A DNA stretch of 32,000 bases from NCBI RefSeq assembly GCF_015207375.1, contig NZ_JADEWY010000043.1, positions 12,200 through 44,199 on the forward strand, given 5' to 3'. The notes below the pieces were generated by a model. That model searched no databases, had not been told where the DNA came from, and saw nothing but the letters and a program-made list of their open reading frames with translations. Positions within the stretch are counted from its first letter, which is position 1, and each line of letters opens with the position of its first letter. The stretch is from Coleofasciculus sp. LEGE 07092 (lineage in GTDB: Bacteria; Cyanobacteriota; Cyanobacteriia; Cyanobacteriales; Coleofasciculaceae). Of the stretch, positions 8,406-16,677 are shown in pieces. Position numbers and translations under genes: made by a program.

Positions 8406-9488
8406 TTAGTGTTGACGTGGTTCTTCCAAAGGTTTATTCAGGAAAAAGCGGATGAGGTCGGCAATTTCACTAGCGGCATATCTAGTAAAGGCATAGCCGG
8501 ATAAATTTATTTTTTTGGAGTGAGAAGCTATTTGTAAAATAACTACCCATGAGTCGGTTTCGTAATGCCGTAAGCCTCTTCTGTGAGTCTTGTATCTCTT
8601 TGGGGTAAACACATTGACATCATCCAGTGAATATTTCATTTTTTTTACATATAAAAATCTTTCAATTTTGATACTTAACTTATTCTCAGATTTGTCAAAT
8701 TCAACCCTTTTATTAGAGGGAAAGAAAACTCCTAGGATACCCAAGACAAGAAAAATAATGATAGGTAAATTAGGAAAAATTTTTTCACTAATGCATAACA
8801 AAAGTCCCAAAATACCAAGAATCAAAAAGGGAATAGATATCAATCTCACTGTCCAAATCAATTTAGCTTGGTCTTTAAGAGTTAAGTGAGTCGGAGTATG
8901 TTGTAAAATTTTTATGGGAATTTCTCCATCTACATCCCATTTTTGCTTTAGATTATTAGAAACTTGCTGCTGAAGTGGTTTTCCATAAGATGTATTCAGA
9001 AAACTACGGATCAGCTCTGCAAATTCAAGCGCTTGCTCTCGCTGCCAGAAATAACTTGCCGATAAGAGCCAAGAAAAATTAATTTTTCTTGAATGAGATA
9101 TTGTTCCTAAAATAACTTTATAGAATACTAATACGACTTCTCCTTTCTTTCCTTGGGCTGCGGTTCTTTTTACCCTTACCGAGATATCCTTGAAAGAATA
9201 TTCTCGAAAATGTTTTCCCAATAATCTTTCAGATTCAATGGTTAACTTACTTTGATTGTTGTCAAAGTAAAAGGTTTTGTGTGGAGCAAAAAATATCCCG
9301 ATGCCACCTAACAGCACAAAGAGTCCAGACGTATAGAAAATCGAAATGTTTTTTTCATTAATGTGATTAATGATCAAAACGATACTCCCAAGAACTAAAA
9401 CTACACCACAAAATAATCTTACCAACCCAGTCACGATCGCTGACTGTTGAAGACTCAGATGAGTTGAAGTATTCTCTACAATTTTCAT
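8406..9488 (-). CDS. Membrane protein made of two tandem copies of a [2 TM + ~110-aa soluble] module (possibly bacterial-PH-like)
   Basis: The two halves align by eye: KIVENTSTHLSLQQSA/KILQHTPTHLTLKDQA, FFAPHKTFYFDNNQSKLTIESERLLGK/FFPSNKRVEFDKSENKLSIKIERFLYV, ISHSRKINFS/ASHSKKINLS, ALEFAELIRSFLN/ASEIADLIRFFLN. The gene is visibly more A+T-rich than its neighbours. Confidence 0.65.
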   Translation of the reverse strand: MKIVENTSTHLSLQQSAIVTGLVRLFCGVVLVLGSIVLIINHINEKNISIFYTSGLFVLLGGIGIFFAPHKTFYFDNNQSKLTIESERLLGKHFREYSFKDISVRVKRTAAQGKKGEVVLVFYKVILGTISHSRKINFSWLLSASYFWQREQALEFAELIRSFLNTSYGKPLQQQVSNNLKQKWDVDGEIPIKILQHTPTHLTLKDQAKLIWTVRLISIPFLILGILGLLLCISEKIFPNLPIIIFLVLGILGVFFPSNKRVEFDKSENKLSIKIERFLYVKKMKYSLDDVNVFTPKRYKTHRRGLRHYETDSWVVILQIASHSKKINLSGYAFTRYAASEIADLIRFFLNKPLEEPRQH

Positions 9489-9545
9489 TGATGAACCTTA
9501 TCCAAGTGATAATTAACTACAGTTAATACGTGTCTTTGCAAACTG

Positions 9546-10154
9546 CTAATTGATTTTGCAAGTTGGCTCCGCGACTGGATCACCTTGAATGTAAGTCACA
9601 AACATCCGGTTTTGTAATTCTGTGAGAAGGCTAACATCTGTTATTTGGTTGTTACCGACGTAAAGAAACTCTAGGTTTGTGAATTTTAGTAGGGGACTGA
9701 AATCGGAAATTGGGTTGGCGATGAGGATAAGAGACTCTAGGTTTGTTAGTTCTGCCAAAGGGCTAATATCTGTGATTGGGTTAGCGGGAATGCCAAGATC
9801 CTCCAGATTCATAAGTTCTGCGAGAGGACTGACATCTGTGATTTGGTTATCTCTGAGGTAAAGCACCTCTAGGTTAGGAAGTCCTGCCAGAGGACTGACA
9901 TCTGTAATTTGGTAGCCACTGAGGGAAAGCTCAGTGCGACTTAACAGATTCTCGGCAGCTTGTTCACAATCACTTGTGCCTGCGGCTTCTAACAGCGCCT
10001 CTACTGTTTTTCTCGCTTCGGCTGACAAACTTGCTTTTTGTTGACACCACTCTTTAAAAGAACTCCCAAGACTGGGTTCAGCAGCGTGAGCGACTCCCCA
10101 GCCACTGAACACCCACATACTGATCATCACAGCAACAGCACTAGTCGATTTCAT
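9546..10154 (-). CDS. Secreted leucine-rich-repeat protein (internalin-like 22-aa LRRs)
   Basis: Signal peptide MKSTSAVAVMISMWVFSGWGVAHA is followed by a short helical region and about 6 units of NLExLxLxxNQITDVSPLAxL. The track start is 10172, but ATG 10154 is the one conserved in the relic copy and is preceded by GGGGAG. Confidence 0.8.
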   Translation of the reverse strand: MKSTSAVAVMISMWVFSGWGVAHAAEPSLGSSFKEWCQQKASLSAEARKTVEALLEAAGTSDCEQAAENLLSRTELSLSGYQITDVSPLAGLPNLEVLYLRDNQITDVSPLAELMNLEDLGIPANPITDISPLAELTNLESLILIANPISDFSPLLKFTNLEFLYVGNNQITDVSLLTELQNRMFVTYIQGDPVAEPTCKIN

Positions 10155-10476
10155 AGTTGATGAACTCCCCATAAGTCTTGTCTAGATTGTTATCGAACTT
10201 CCGAGCAACTATCTCAGCCAGTCCTTAAAACGTAACCCTTTAGTCAAGGTTCTCCCTTCATGAACTATTTAGGGCTGCTATAGTGCCTATTACTGAATGC
10301 TGAACACTTATGCAATAAATCTAATTTTTTAACCTTCAGTATTAATACCTAGCAAAAACATACTGCATATCCTCACTCTCGATGAGAGATAGATAAATTA
10401 ACAGCCATCTGTACTTTCTCTTAATGAAGGACTGAATCATGCGTCTATATCTAGTCAGCCTCTGCTTTGCCAGTAT

Positions 10477-10689
10477 GCTGCTTTCGGTAACTCCTGCTTT
10501 CTTATCACCTACATTGGGCAAGTTTATGAAGAAATAGAAAAAGACGATCGGGCGTTGGATTACTACCAGCGAGCTTTGTCAATTTGGAGGGAAGTCGGCG
10601 ATGATTATGACTATAGTGAATCTAGGGAAAGAGAAATCTCCGTTGTGCGGGATTCTCTGCTGGGAAATCCCCAGAGTAGCCCACCATGA
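10477..10689 (+). pseudogene. TPR-protein fragment (one TPR unit, no start codon)
   Basis: The frame is open from 10402 to TGA at 10687-10689 with no start codon. It encodes ...ITYIGQVYEEIEKDDRALDYYQRALSIWREVGDDYDYSE..., a typical TPR_12-like unit. Confidence 0.35.
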
Positions 10690-10919
10690 TCAAGCTGAGA
10701 ATAAAGTTCCTCAGCCAGCACCGATACTGGAAAAGGATTCACCCATAGCACGCCGTATAATTCTCCCAACGGCTTATCGAGTCTTAAGAGCGCCCAATCG
10801 TCGGCATTTGGAAACTGGTTACCCTCGCTGAAGTCCGTACCAACTAGAGATTCAACAACCATAGCCGCATCAGATAATTTTTTAATAAAACTACTATTTC
10901 CGCCCCGAAATCCTGACAT
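10611..10919 (-). pseudogene. Trypsin-like (S1/V8-type) serine peptidase fragment
   Basis: The 102-aa ORF contains DWALLRLDKPLGELYG....GFPS, matching the catalytic-Asp block (D-[YWI]-ALLRL-x-x-P) and the GYP-type block of trypsin-like peptidases. The His and Ser blocks are absent, and A/T-rich non-coding DNA abuts its 5' end. Confidence 0.4.
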
Positions 10920-11000
10920 TAAAAATAAAAAAATCGTCCTGAAAGGAGCCTGAATTTAAGTAGCTTATAGTAGCTCCTACCTTAAGCTTTCGTTACAATT

Positions 11001-11291
11001 ATGGCATTAACGACTGATCGTAATAAAAATAATAAAAGAGTTAAACTTAGTACAGGACTTGTATTTATAATGATTCTATGTTCTGGCTGTTTCGACCAGA
11101 TCGATCAAGTAACATTCCAGACTTGTACAGATGCTGAAAAAACAGTAGACGCCGCTCAGAAAGACTATCAGCAGTTTCTTTATGGGCTAGCCAAAGAGGA
11201 TACAGAGAAAGAAGCGATCGCACAGGCTGTAGTGATGGAAACGCTCAAAGATGCCGAAGAAGAAGCTTTTCGGATTTGCGAAGGGAATTGA
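11001..11291 (+). CDS. Small putative lipoprotein
   Basis: The 96-aa ORF has a basic N-terminus, a hydrophobic stretch and a lipobox-like ILCSGC, followed by an acidic helical region. No family recognised. Confidence 0.4.
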   Translation: MALTTDRNKNNKRVKLSTGLVFIMILCSGCFDQIDQVTFQTCTDAEKTVDAAQKDYQQFLYGLAKEDTEKEAIAQAVVMETLKDAEEEAFRICEGN

Positions 11292-11316
11292 TGCCGAAGT
11301 TAACGCTTTCTAGATA

Positions 11317-11340
11317 CCCCACACCCCACACCCCACACCC
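11317..11340. repeat. Heptamer tandem repeat (CCCCACA)x3.4
   Basis: Read directly from the sequence, in the 70-nt gap between the two genes. Confidence 0.9.
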
Positions 11341-11360
11341 GAAGCGCCTAACAATGAGCA

Positions 11361-12686
11361 ATGAAAAATATCAAACTGAGTACATTTTGGGAGTCGCTGC
11401 GCTCTAGCTACTGGTTTGTGCCAACACTCATGGCAGGGGGAGCGATCGCTCTAGCGTTTACGATAGTAACGCTTGACCAGTCCGGTAAATCTGGACCGAT
11501 TCAGAAGTTGGGCTGGGTATACACGGGGGGACCCGATGGTGCGAGGACAGTGCTTTCAACGATTGCGGGTTCGATGATTACCGTTGCGGGTACTGCTTTT
11601 TCGATTGTCATTGTTGCTCTTACACTGGCTTCCTCACAGTTCGGTCCACGACTGCTGCGGAACTTTATGCAGGATACGGGTAATCAGGTGGTGCTGGGTA
11701 CGTTCATCGCCACGTTTATCTACTGCTTGCTCGTTCTGCGGACTGTGCGGGGAGATGACTACAATGTATTTGTACCGCAGATTTCAGTAACAGTTGGTAT
11801 CTTATTAGGCATAGCCAGCATCGGTGTGCTGATTTACTTTATCCATCATGCCTCTACTTCGATTCAATCCTGGTATGTTATTAGAGAGGTAAATAAGGAT
11901 TTAGACTATGCCATTGACCACCTCTTCCCAGAACAGATCGGGCATGGCATACCAGAGAAGCGGCGGTGGGTTGAAGAAATTCCTGTAAATTTTGACGAAG
12001 AAGCTTCGCCAATTTTGGCAATTAACAGTGGCTATCTTCTGGCGATAGATGAGGAGCAGTTGCTGAAGATTGCCAAGTCAAAAGACCTCTTGCTGCGTCT
12101 CAACTATCGCCCAGGTCACTTTATCGTGCATAGACATGAAATTGTGAGGGTTTGGCATGGGGAACGGGTGAATGAGAAACTCACTCATCAAATTAATGAT
12201 GCATTTATTCTGGGTTCGGAGCGCACCGAGCAGCAGGATGTGGAATTTTCTATTCAGCAATTGGTGGAAATTGCCCTACGAGCCATCTCCCCTGCTATCA
12301 ACGATCCGTTTACCGCCATTCGCTGTATTGACAGGCTCAGTGCCGGACTTAACCGCTTGGCTCAAAAAGAATTCCCTTCCCCTTATCGCTACGATGAGGA
12401 TAACAATCTGCGGGTGATTGCTAACCCAGTGACATTCGTAGGGTTAATCGATGAAGCGTTTAACCAAATTCGACAGTATGGTAGTTCTGATGTCGCAGTA
12501 ACAATGCGCTTGTTAGAAGCGATCGCAATTATTGCCACCCAGACTCGTAACAAGAAAGACCGAACCGCGCTGCTGCGTCATGCTGAAATGATTAAGCGCG
12601 GTAGTCAAGAGGCAGTGTCGGAGGAGTGCGATCGCCAGGATATTGAGGAGCGATATTTGGCGGCGGTGAAGGTGCTACGACGGTAA
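11361..12686 (+). CDS. DUF2254-type membrane protein
   Basis: The N-terminus FWESLRSSYWFVPTLMAGGAIALAF plus 4-5 TM helices, followed by a ~230-aa soluble C-terminal domain, matches my memory of the DUF2254 architecture. Length 441 aa. Confidence 0.55.
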   Translation: MKNIKLSTFWESLRSSYWFVPTLMAGGAIALAFTIVTLDQSGKSGPIQKLGWVYTGGPDGARTVLSTIAGSMITVAGTAFSIVIVALTLASSQFGPRLLRNFMQDTGNQVVLGTFIATFIYCLLVLRTVRGDDYNVFVPQISVTVGILLGIASIGVLIYFIHHASTSIQSWYVIREVNKDLDYAIDHLFPEQIGHGIPEKRRWVEEIPVNFDEEASPILAINSGYLLAIDEEQLLKIAKSKDLLLRLNYRPGHFIVHRHEIVRVWHGERVNEKLTHQINDAFILGSERTEQQDVEFSIQQLVEIALRAISPAINDPFTAIRCIDRLSAGLNRLAQKEFPSPYRYDEDNNLRVIANPVTFVGLIDEAFNQIRQYGSSDVAVTMRLLEAIAIIATQTRNKKDRTALLRHAEMIKRGSQEAVSEECDRQDIEERYLAAVKVLRR

Positions 12687-12714
12687 GAATGGGGAGTGGG
12701 GAATAGGGAATTCT
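12687..12714. repeat. STRR-like heptamers (GAATGGG GAGTGGG GAATAGG GAATTCT)
   Basis: Read directly from the sequence. The motif gtaagaatggggagtgggga recurs at 17847. Confidence 0.8.
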
Positions 12715-12881
12715 GCTTCACCGAGTCGCGCCCTTTGCTGAAGAGTTTGTGATCTACTGGTGGTGCAAGATAGGAGTTGTATGCACTCTTCACAACAGGA
12801 TCGTCAAATTTGATAGAAAAACTAAAACCCCAAAACTTTATAGTGGAACTTCACGAATACATCAATAAGGTTAAAGATTGC

Positions 12882-12909
12882 TTGTAGACTGGAAGTAGGG
12901 GGTTATACT
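12882..12909 (+). promoter_or_regulatory. Candidate sigma70-type promoter for the NLR-like gene
   Basis: TTGTAG (12882-12887), a 16-nt spacer, then TATACT (12904-12909), about 27 nt upstream of ATG 12936. Confidence 0.3.
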
Positions 12910-12935
12910 CTGTAGCAGCTTTTCAGGATTAAGTT

Positions 12936-13376
12936 ATGGACCCGATCACACTTTCTGCAACAGCGATCGCAACTCTGGTAATCACCAAGGCGTTTGAAAA
13001 GTCTGGCGAAGTCTTGGGGGAAAAGGCACTGGAGCAAGGCGGGAAGTTGGTAAAATTGCTGAAAGAGCGATTTCCCAAGGCAGATTCGGCACTGGCGCGG
13101 GTGGAGGAGAAACCGGAAGATTGGGGGGAAGCGGTGCTGGAAATTGAAGCAGCGGCGCAGGCAGATCCGGAGGTGGCAGAAGCAGTTCAGGAGGTAGCGA
13201 CGGCGGCGAAGGATAACGCGAATGCCGAGATTGTGCAGAAACTGGAAGCGATAGAAGCGGCGATAAAGGCGCAACAACCTACCACTAGACAGGAATTTGG
13301 TAAGGTGGCAGAGGTCGTTGAAAAAGCCGTTTTTGGTAATACCTTTCGGGATTTTAGTGGTGGCATTCACTTCTGA
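12936..13376 (+). CDS. Helical N-terminal head module of the downstream NLR-like protein, terminated by an in-frame TGA
   Basis: The 146-aa Ala/Glu/Lys-rich product is predicted all-helical with a hydrophobic first helix (MDPITLSATAIATLVITKAF). It is in the same frame as 13452-16433, and the only stop between them is TGA at 13374-13376. Confidence 0.6.
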   Translation: MDPITLSATAIATLVITKAFEKSGEVLGEKALEQGGKLVKLLKERFPKADSALARVEEKPEDWGEAVLEIEAAAQADPEVAEAVQEVATAAKDNANAEIVQKLEAIEAAIKAQQPTTRQEFGKVAEVVEKAVFGNTFRDFSGGIHF

Positions 13377-13451
13377 CTCCAGTCGCCCGAACCGGAACGG
13401 GTAACGTTAAATCCGCCACAAAATCTTCCCTTCAGCGGCGTTGTTAAGTTT

Positions 13452-16433
13452 GTGGGACGGGAAGACATACTCAATACTCTACACCAGCAGTTGCAGGAAA
13501 ACGAGCGGGTAGCGATTTGTGCAGTTGCGGGGATGGGGGGTGTTGGGAAAACGGAATTGGCGCGGCAATATGCTGGGGAACAGTGGCAGCAGGGGACGTA
13601 TCCCGGTGGGGTGTGCTGGTTGCAGGCGCGGGGAGTCGATTTGGGGATTCAGATTGTTGAGTTTGCCAGAACTTATTTACAATTATCGATTCCGGAGGGG
13701 TTAGAGTTACCGCTTCAGGTGGCGTATTGCTGGCGGAATTGGTTCCACCCCCCAATCCCCCCTTACCAAGGGGGGGACACAGGGGGGGTTCTTATCGTCA
13801 TTGATGATGTCATAGATTATCAGCAGGTGCGGCAATATCTGCCCCCAGATACGTCTCGGTTTAAGGTACTCATCACGACGCGGTTACAGTTGGGTGCGTC
13901 AATTCCCCATATCGCGCTGGATGTGCTGAAACCCTTAGCCGCATTCGCTTTATTAAAATCCTTTATTGGACGAGAACAACTGCAACCCGAACCCTGGGAA
14001 GGGCGAAAACTCTGTCGCTGGTTGGGATATTTGCCGTTGGGGTTGGAGTTGGTGGGGCGATATTTGGGGCGGAAACCCCATTTATCGTTACAGGAGATGC
14101 TGTCTCGGTTGCAGGCAAAACGGTTGGAACAGTTAGCGCTGAAAAAGCCGAAGTCAGAGGATGATATGACGGCGCAATTGGGGGTACGAGATGCGTTTGA
14201 GTTGAGTTGGCAAGAGTTGGATGAGTCGGCGCGGGAATTGGGGATAGGGTTAAGTTTATTTGCTTCTGCACCGATTCCCTGGCGATTGGTGGAGGGGTGT
14301 TTGGCGGAGATTGATGGGGAGGAGTTGGAGGAAATTAGGGATTATGGGTTAGTGAATCTGCATTTAGTGCAGCGTCAAGGGAAGGATTTGTATCAATTAC
14401 ATCCGTTGATTCGGGAATTTTTGATCAGTAAGCGGGAAGCGTCAGGGATAGCGGATGAGTTGAAGCGGGATTTTTGTCGGGTGATGGTAGGGGAGGCAGA
14501 TAAAATTCCGGAGACACCGACATTGGCAGAGATTAAAGCAGTCAATCCGGTTATTCCTCATCTTGCAGAAGCGGCGACGAGTCAACAAGACTGGTTGATG
14601 GATGATGATTTAATAATGCCTTTTGGTGGTTTGAGTCGTTTTTATAAAGGTCAAGGACTCTATAATCAAGCTGAACCTTGGTATGAAGATTGTTTATCCG
14701 TCATTCGCCAGCGTTTGGGAAAAAATCATCCCCATGTTGCTACTAGCCTGAATAATTTAGCATTACTCTACCTTTTTCAAGGACGCTACCAGGAAGCTGA
14801 ACTTGTTTATCTAGAGGCTTTAGCACTATTCAAACGCCTGTTGGGAGAAAATCATCCCGATGTTGCTACTAGCCTGAATAATTTAGCAGGACTCTACTAT
14901 TATCAAGGACGCTACCAGGAAGCTGAACCTGTTTATCTAGAGGCTTTAGCGCTGAGAAAACGCCTGCTGGGAGAAAATCATCCCCATGTTGCTTCTAGCC
15001 TGAATAATTTAGCAGGACTCTACTATTCTCAAGGACGCTACCAGGAAGCAGAACCGCTTTATCTAGAGGCTTTAGCGCTGAGAAAACGCCTGCTGGGAGA
15101 AAATCATCCCCATGTTGCACAAAGCCTGAATAATTTAGCAGAACTCTACTCTTCTCAAGGACGCTACCAGGAAGCAGAACCGCTTTATCTAGAGGCTTTA
15201 GCGCTGAGAAAACGTCTGCTGGGAGAAAATCATCCCGATGTTGCACAAAGCCTGAATAATTTAGCAGGACTCTACAAATCTCAAGGACGTTACCAGGAAG
15301 CTGAACCTCTTTATCTAGAGGCTTTAGCGCTGAGAAAACGCCTGCTGGGAGAAAATCATCCCTCTGTCGCTACTAGCCTGAATAATTTAGCAGGACTCTA
15401 CCTTTTTCAAAGACGCTACCAGGAAGCTGAACCTCTTTATCTAGAGGCTTTAGCGCTGAGAAAACGCCTGCTGGGAGAAAATCATCCCTCTGTCGCTACT
15501 AGCCTGAATAATTTAGCATTACTCTACCTTTTTCAAGGACGCTACCAGGAAGCTGAACTTGTTTATCTAGAGGCTTTAGAACTGACTAAACGCCTGCTGG
15601 GAGAAAATCATCCCGATGTTGCTTCTAGCCTGAATAATTTAGCATTACTCTACCTTTTTCAAGGACGCTACCAGGAAGCTGAACTTGTTTATCTAGAGGC
15701 TTTAGCACTATTCAAACGCCTGTTGGGAGAAAATCATCCCGATGTTGCTACTAGCCTGAATAATTTAGCAGGACTCTACTATTATCAAGGACGCTACCAG
15801 GAAGCTGAACCTGTTTATCTAGAGGCTTTAGCGCTGAGAAAACGCCTGCTGGGAGAAAATCATCCCCATGTTGCTTCTAGCCTGAATAATTTAGCAGGAC
15901 TCTACTATTCTCAAGGACGCTACCAGGAAGCAGAACCGCTTTATCTAGAGGCTTTAGCGCTGAGAAAACGCCTGCTGGGAGAAAATCATCCCCATGTTGC
16001 ACAAAGCCTGAATAATTTAGCAGAACTCTACTCTTCTCAAGGACGCTACCAGGAAGCAGAACCGCTTTATCTAGAGGCTTTAGCGCTGAGAAAACGTCTG
16101 CTGGGAGAAAATCATCCCCATGTTGCTTCTAGCCTGAATAATTTAGCAGAACTCTACTCTTCTCAAGGACGCTACCAGGAAGCAGAACCTGTTTATCTAG
16201 AGGCTTTAGCGCTGAGAAAACGCCTGCTGGGAGAAAATCATCCCGATGTTGCACAAAGCCTGAATAATTTAGCAGGACTCTACTATTCTCAAGGACGCTA
16301 CCAGGAAGCAGAACCGCTTTATCTAGAGGCTGTCGCCATTGCCGATCGCACGTTAGGCTCTAATCATCCCAATACTATTCTCTACCGTAATAATCTGCAA
16401 ATCCTGCGCGATAGATTACGCCATTCTCCCTGA
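13452..16433 (+). CDS. NB-ARC (STAND) NTPase with a C-terminal array of about 14 TPRs (bacterial NLR-like)
   Basis: Carries FVGRE lead-in, P-loop GMGGVGKTELA, Walker B VLIVIDDV and KVLITTR (RNBS-B-like). These are followed by a winged-helix/linker region and 13 canonical plus 1 degenerate 42-aa kinesin-light-chain-type TPR units (SLNNLAxLYxxQGRYQEAEPLYLEALALRKRLLGENHPxVAx). The track start is GTG, and coding sequence evidently continues upstream through the TGA. Confidence 0.85.
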   Translation: MGREDILNTLHQQLQENERVAICAVAGMGGVGKTELARQYAGEQWQQGTYPGGVCWLQARGVDLGIQIVEFARTYLQLSIPEGLELPLQVAYCWRNWFHPPIPPYQGGDTGGVLIVIDDVIDYQQVRQYLPPDTSRFKVLITTRLQLGASIPHIALDVLKPLAAFALLKSFIGREQLQPEPWEGRKLCRWLGYLPLGLELVGRYLGRKPHLSLQEMLSRLQAKRLEQLALKKPKSEDDMTAQLGVRDAFELSWQELDESARELGIGLSLFASAPIPWRLVEGCLAEIDGEELEEIRDYGLVNLHLVQRQGKDLYQLHPLIREFLISKREASGIADELKRDFCRVMVGEADKIPETPTLAEIKAVNPVIPHLAEAATSQQDWLMDDDLIMPFGGLSRFYKGQGLYNQAEPWYEDCLSVIRQRLGKNHPHVATSLNNLALLYLFQGRYQEAELVYLEALALFKRLLGENHPDVATSLNNLAGLYYYQGRYQEAEPVYLEALALRKRLLGENHPHVASSLNNLAGLYYSQGRYQEAEPLYLEALALRKRLLGENHPHVAQSLNNLAELYSSQGRYQEAEPLYLEALALRKRLLGENHPDVAQSLNNLAGLYKSQGRYQEAEPLYLEALALRKRLLGENHPSVATSLNNLAGLYLFQRRYQEAEPLYLEALALRKRLLGENHPSVATSLNNLALLYLFQGRYQEAELVYLEALELTKRLLGENHPDVASSLNNLALLYLFQGRYQEAELVYLEALALFKRLLGENHPDVATSLNNLAGLYYYQGRYQEAEPVYLEALALRKRLLGENHPHVASSLNNLAGLYYSQGRYQEAEPLYLEALALRKRLLGENHPHVAQSLNNLAELYSSQGRYQEAEPLYLEALALRKRLLGENHPHVASSLNNLAELYSSQGRYQEAEPVYLEALALRKRLLGENHPDVAQSLNNLAGLYYSQGRYQEAEPLYLEAVAIADRTLGSNHPNTILYRNNLQILRDRLRHSP
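14700..16330 (+). repeat. 126-bp coding tandem repeat (x13, TPR units) with a perfect 7-unit-offset duplication
   Basis: The period of 126 bp is read directly. Block 14761-15236 reappears at 15643-16118 (offset 882 = 7 x 126), with no difference that I can see. Confidence 0.9.
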
Positions 16434-16463
16434 CGGTGCTGATGGGAGTGGGTTGGAAGAGTT

Positions 16464-16550
16464 TGGCAACGGATGGGGTAACGGATGTAACGGATGGGTT
16501 ATTGATGTCACCGAGAAATTATCGAAATTACCGATAACTCGTCCGCTATT
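16464..16550. repeat. MITE-like palindromic element, copy 1
   Basis: Sequence is ttggcaacggatggggtaacggatgtaacggatgggttattga...attaccgataactcgtccg. The internal arms cggatgggttat and ataactcgtccg are inverted. Related copies lie at 16947-17004 (inverted) and 17784-17849. Confidence 0.7.
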
Positions 16551-16677
16551 AAAACGGGATTAGGTTCTGCCAAGAGAGCCAACAGGAGCATCAATTTTCT
16601 CGCTCATCGCTTAAGTCTAGGCTCTGTAGACTAAAATACTCATCCAGGCGTCTTGGCGATCACTCCTCGATATTCTA

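Noticed and set aside
13374-13376. Selenocysteine or another programmed recoding event at the in-frame TGA
   Set aside because: I see only a weak 4-bp stem (CCCG...CGGG) downstream, nothing like a bacterial SECIS element, and Sec use in such proteins has no precedent that I know of. A nonsense mutation or sequencing error is more likely; low-level read-through remains only a hypothesis.
12903-15246. Antisense ORFs 12903-13370, 13471-13755, 13963-14271 and 14995-15246
   Set aside because: They lie opposite the strongly supported head/NB-ARC/TPR coding frame. Their products are low-complexity (Arg/Cys/Pro-rich) with no motifs.
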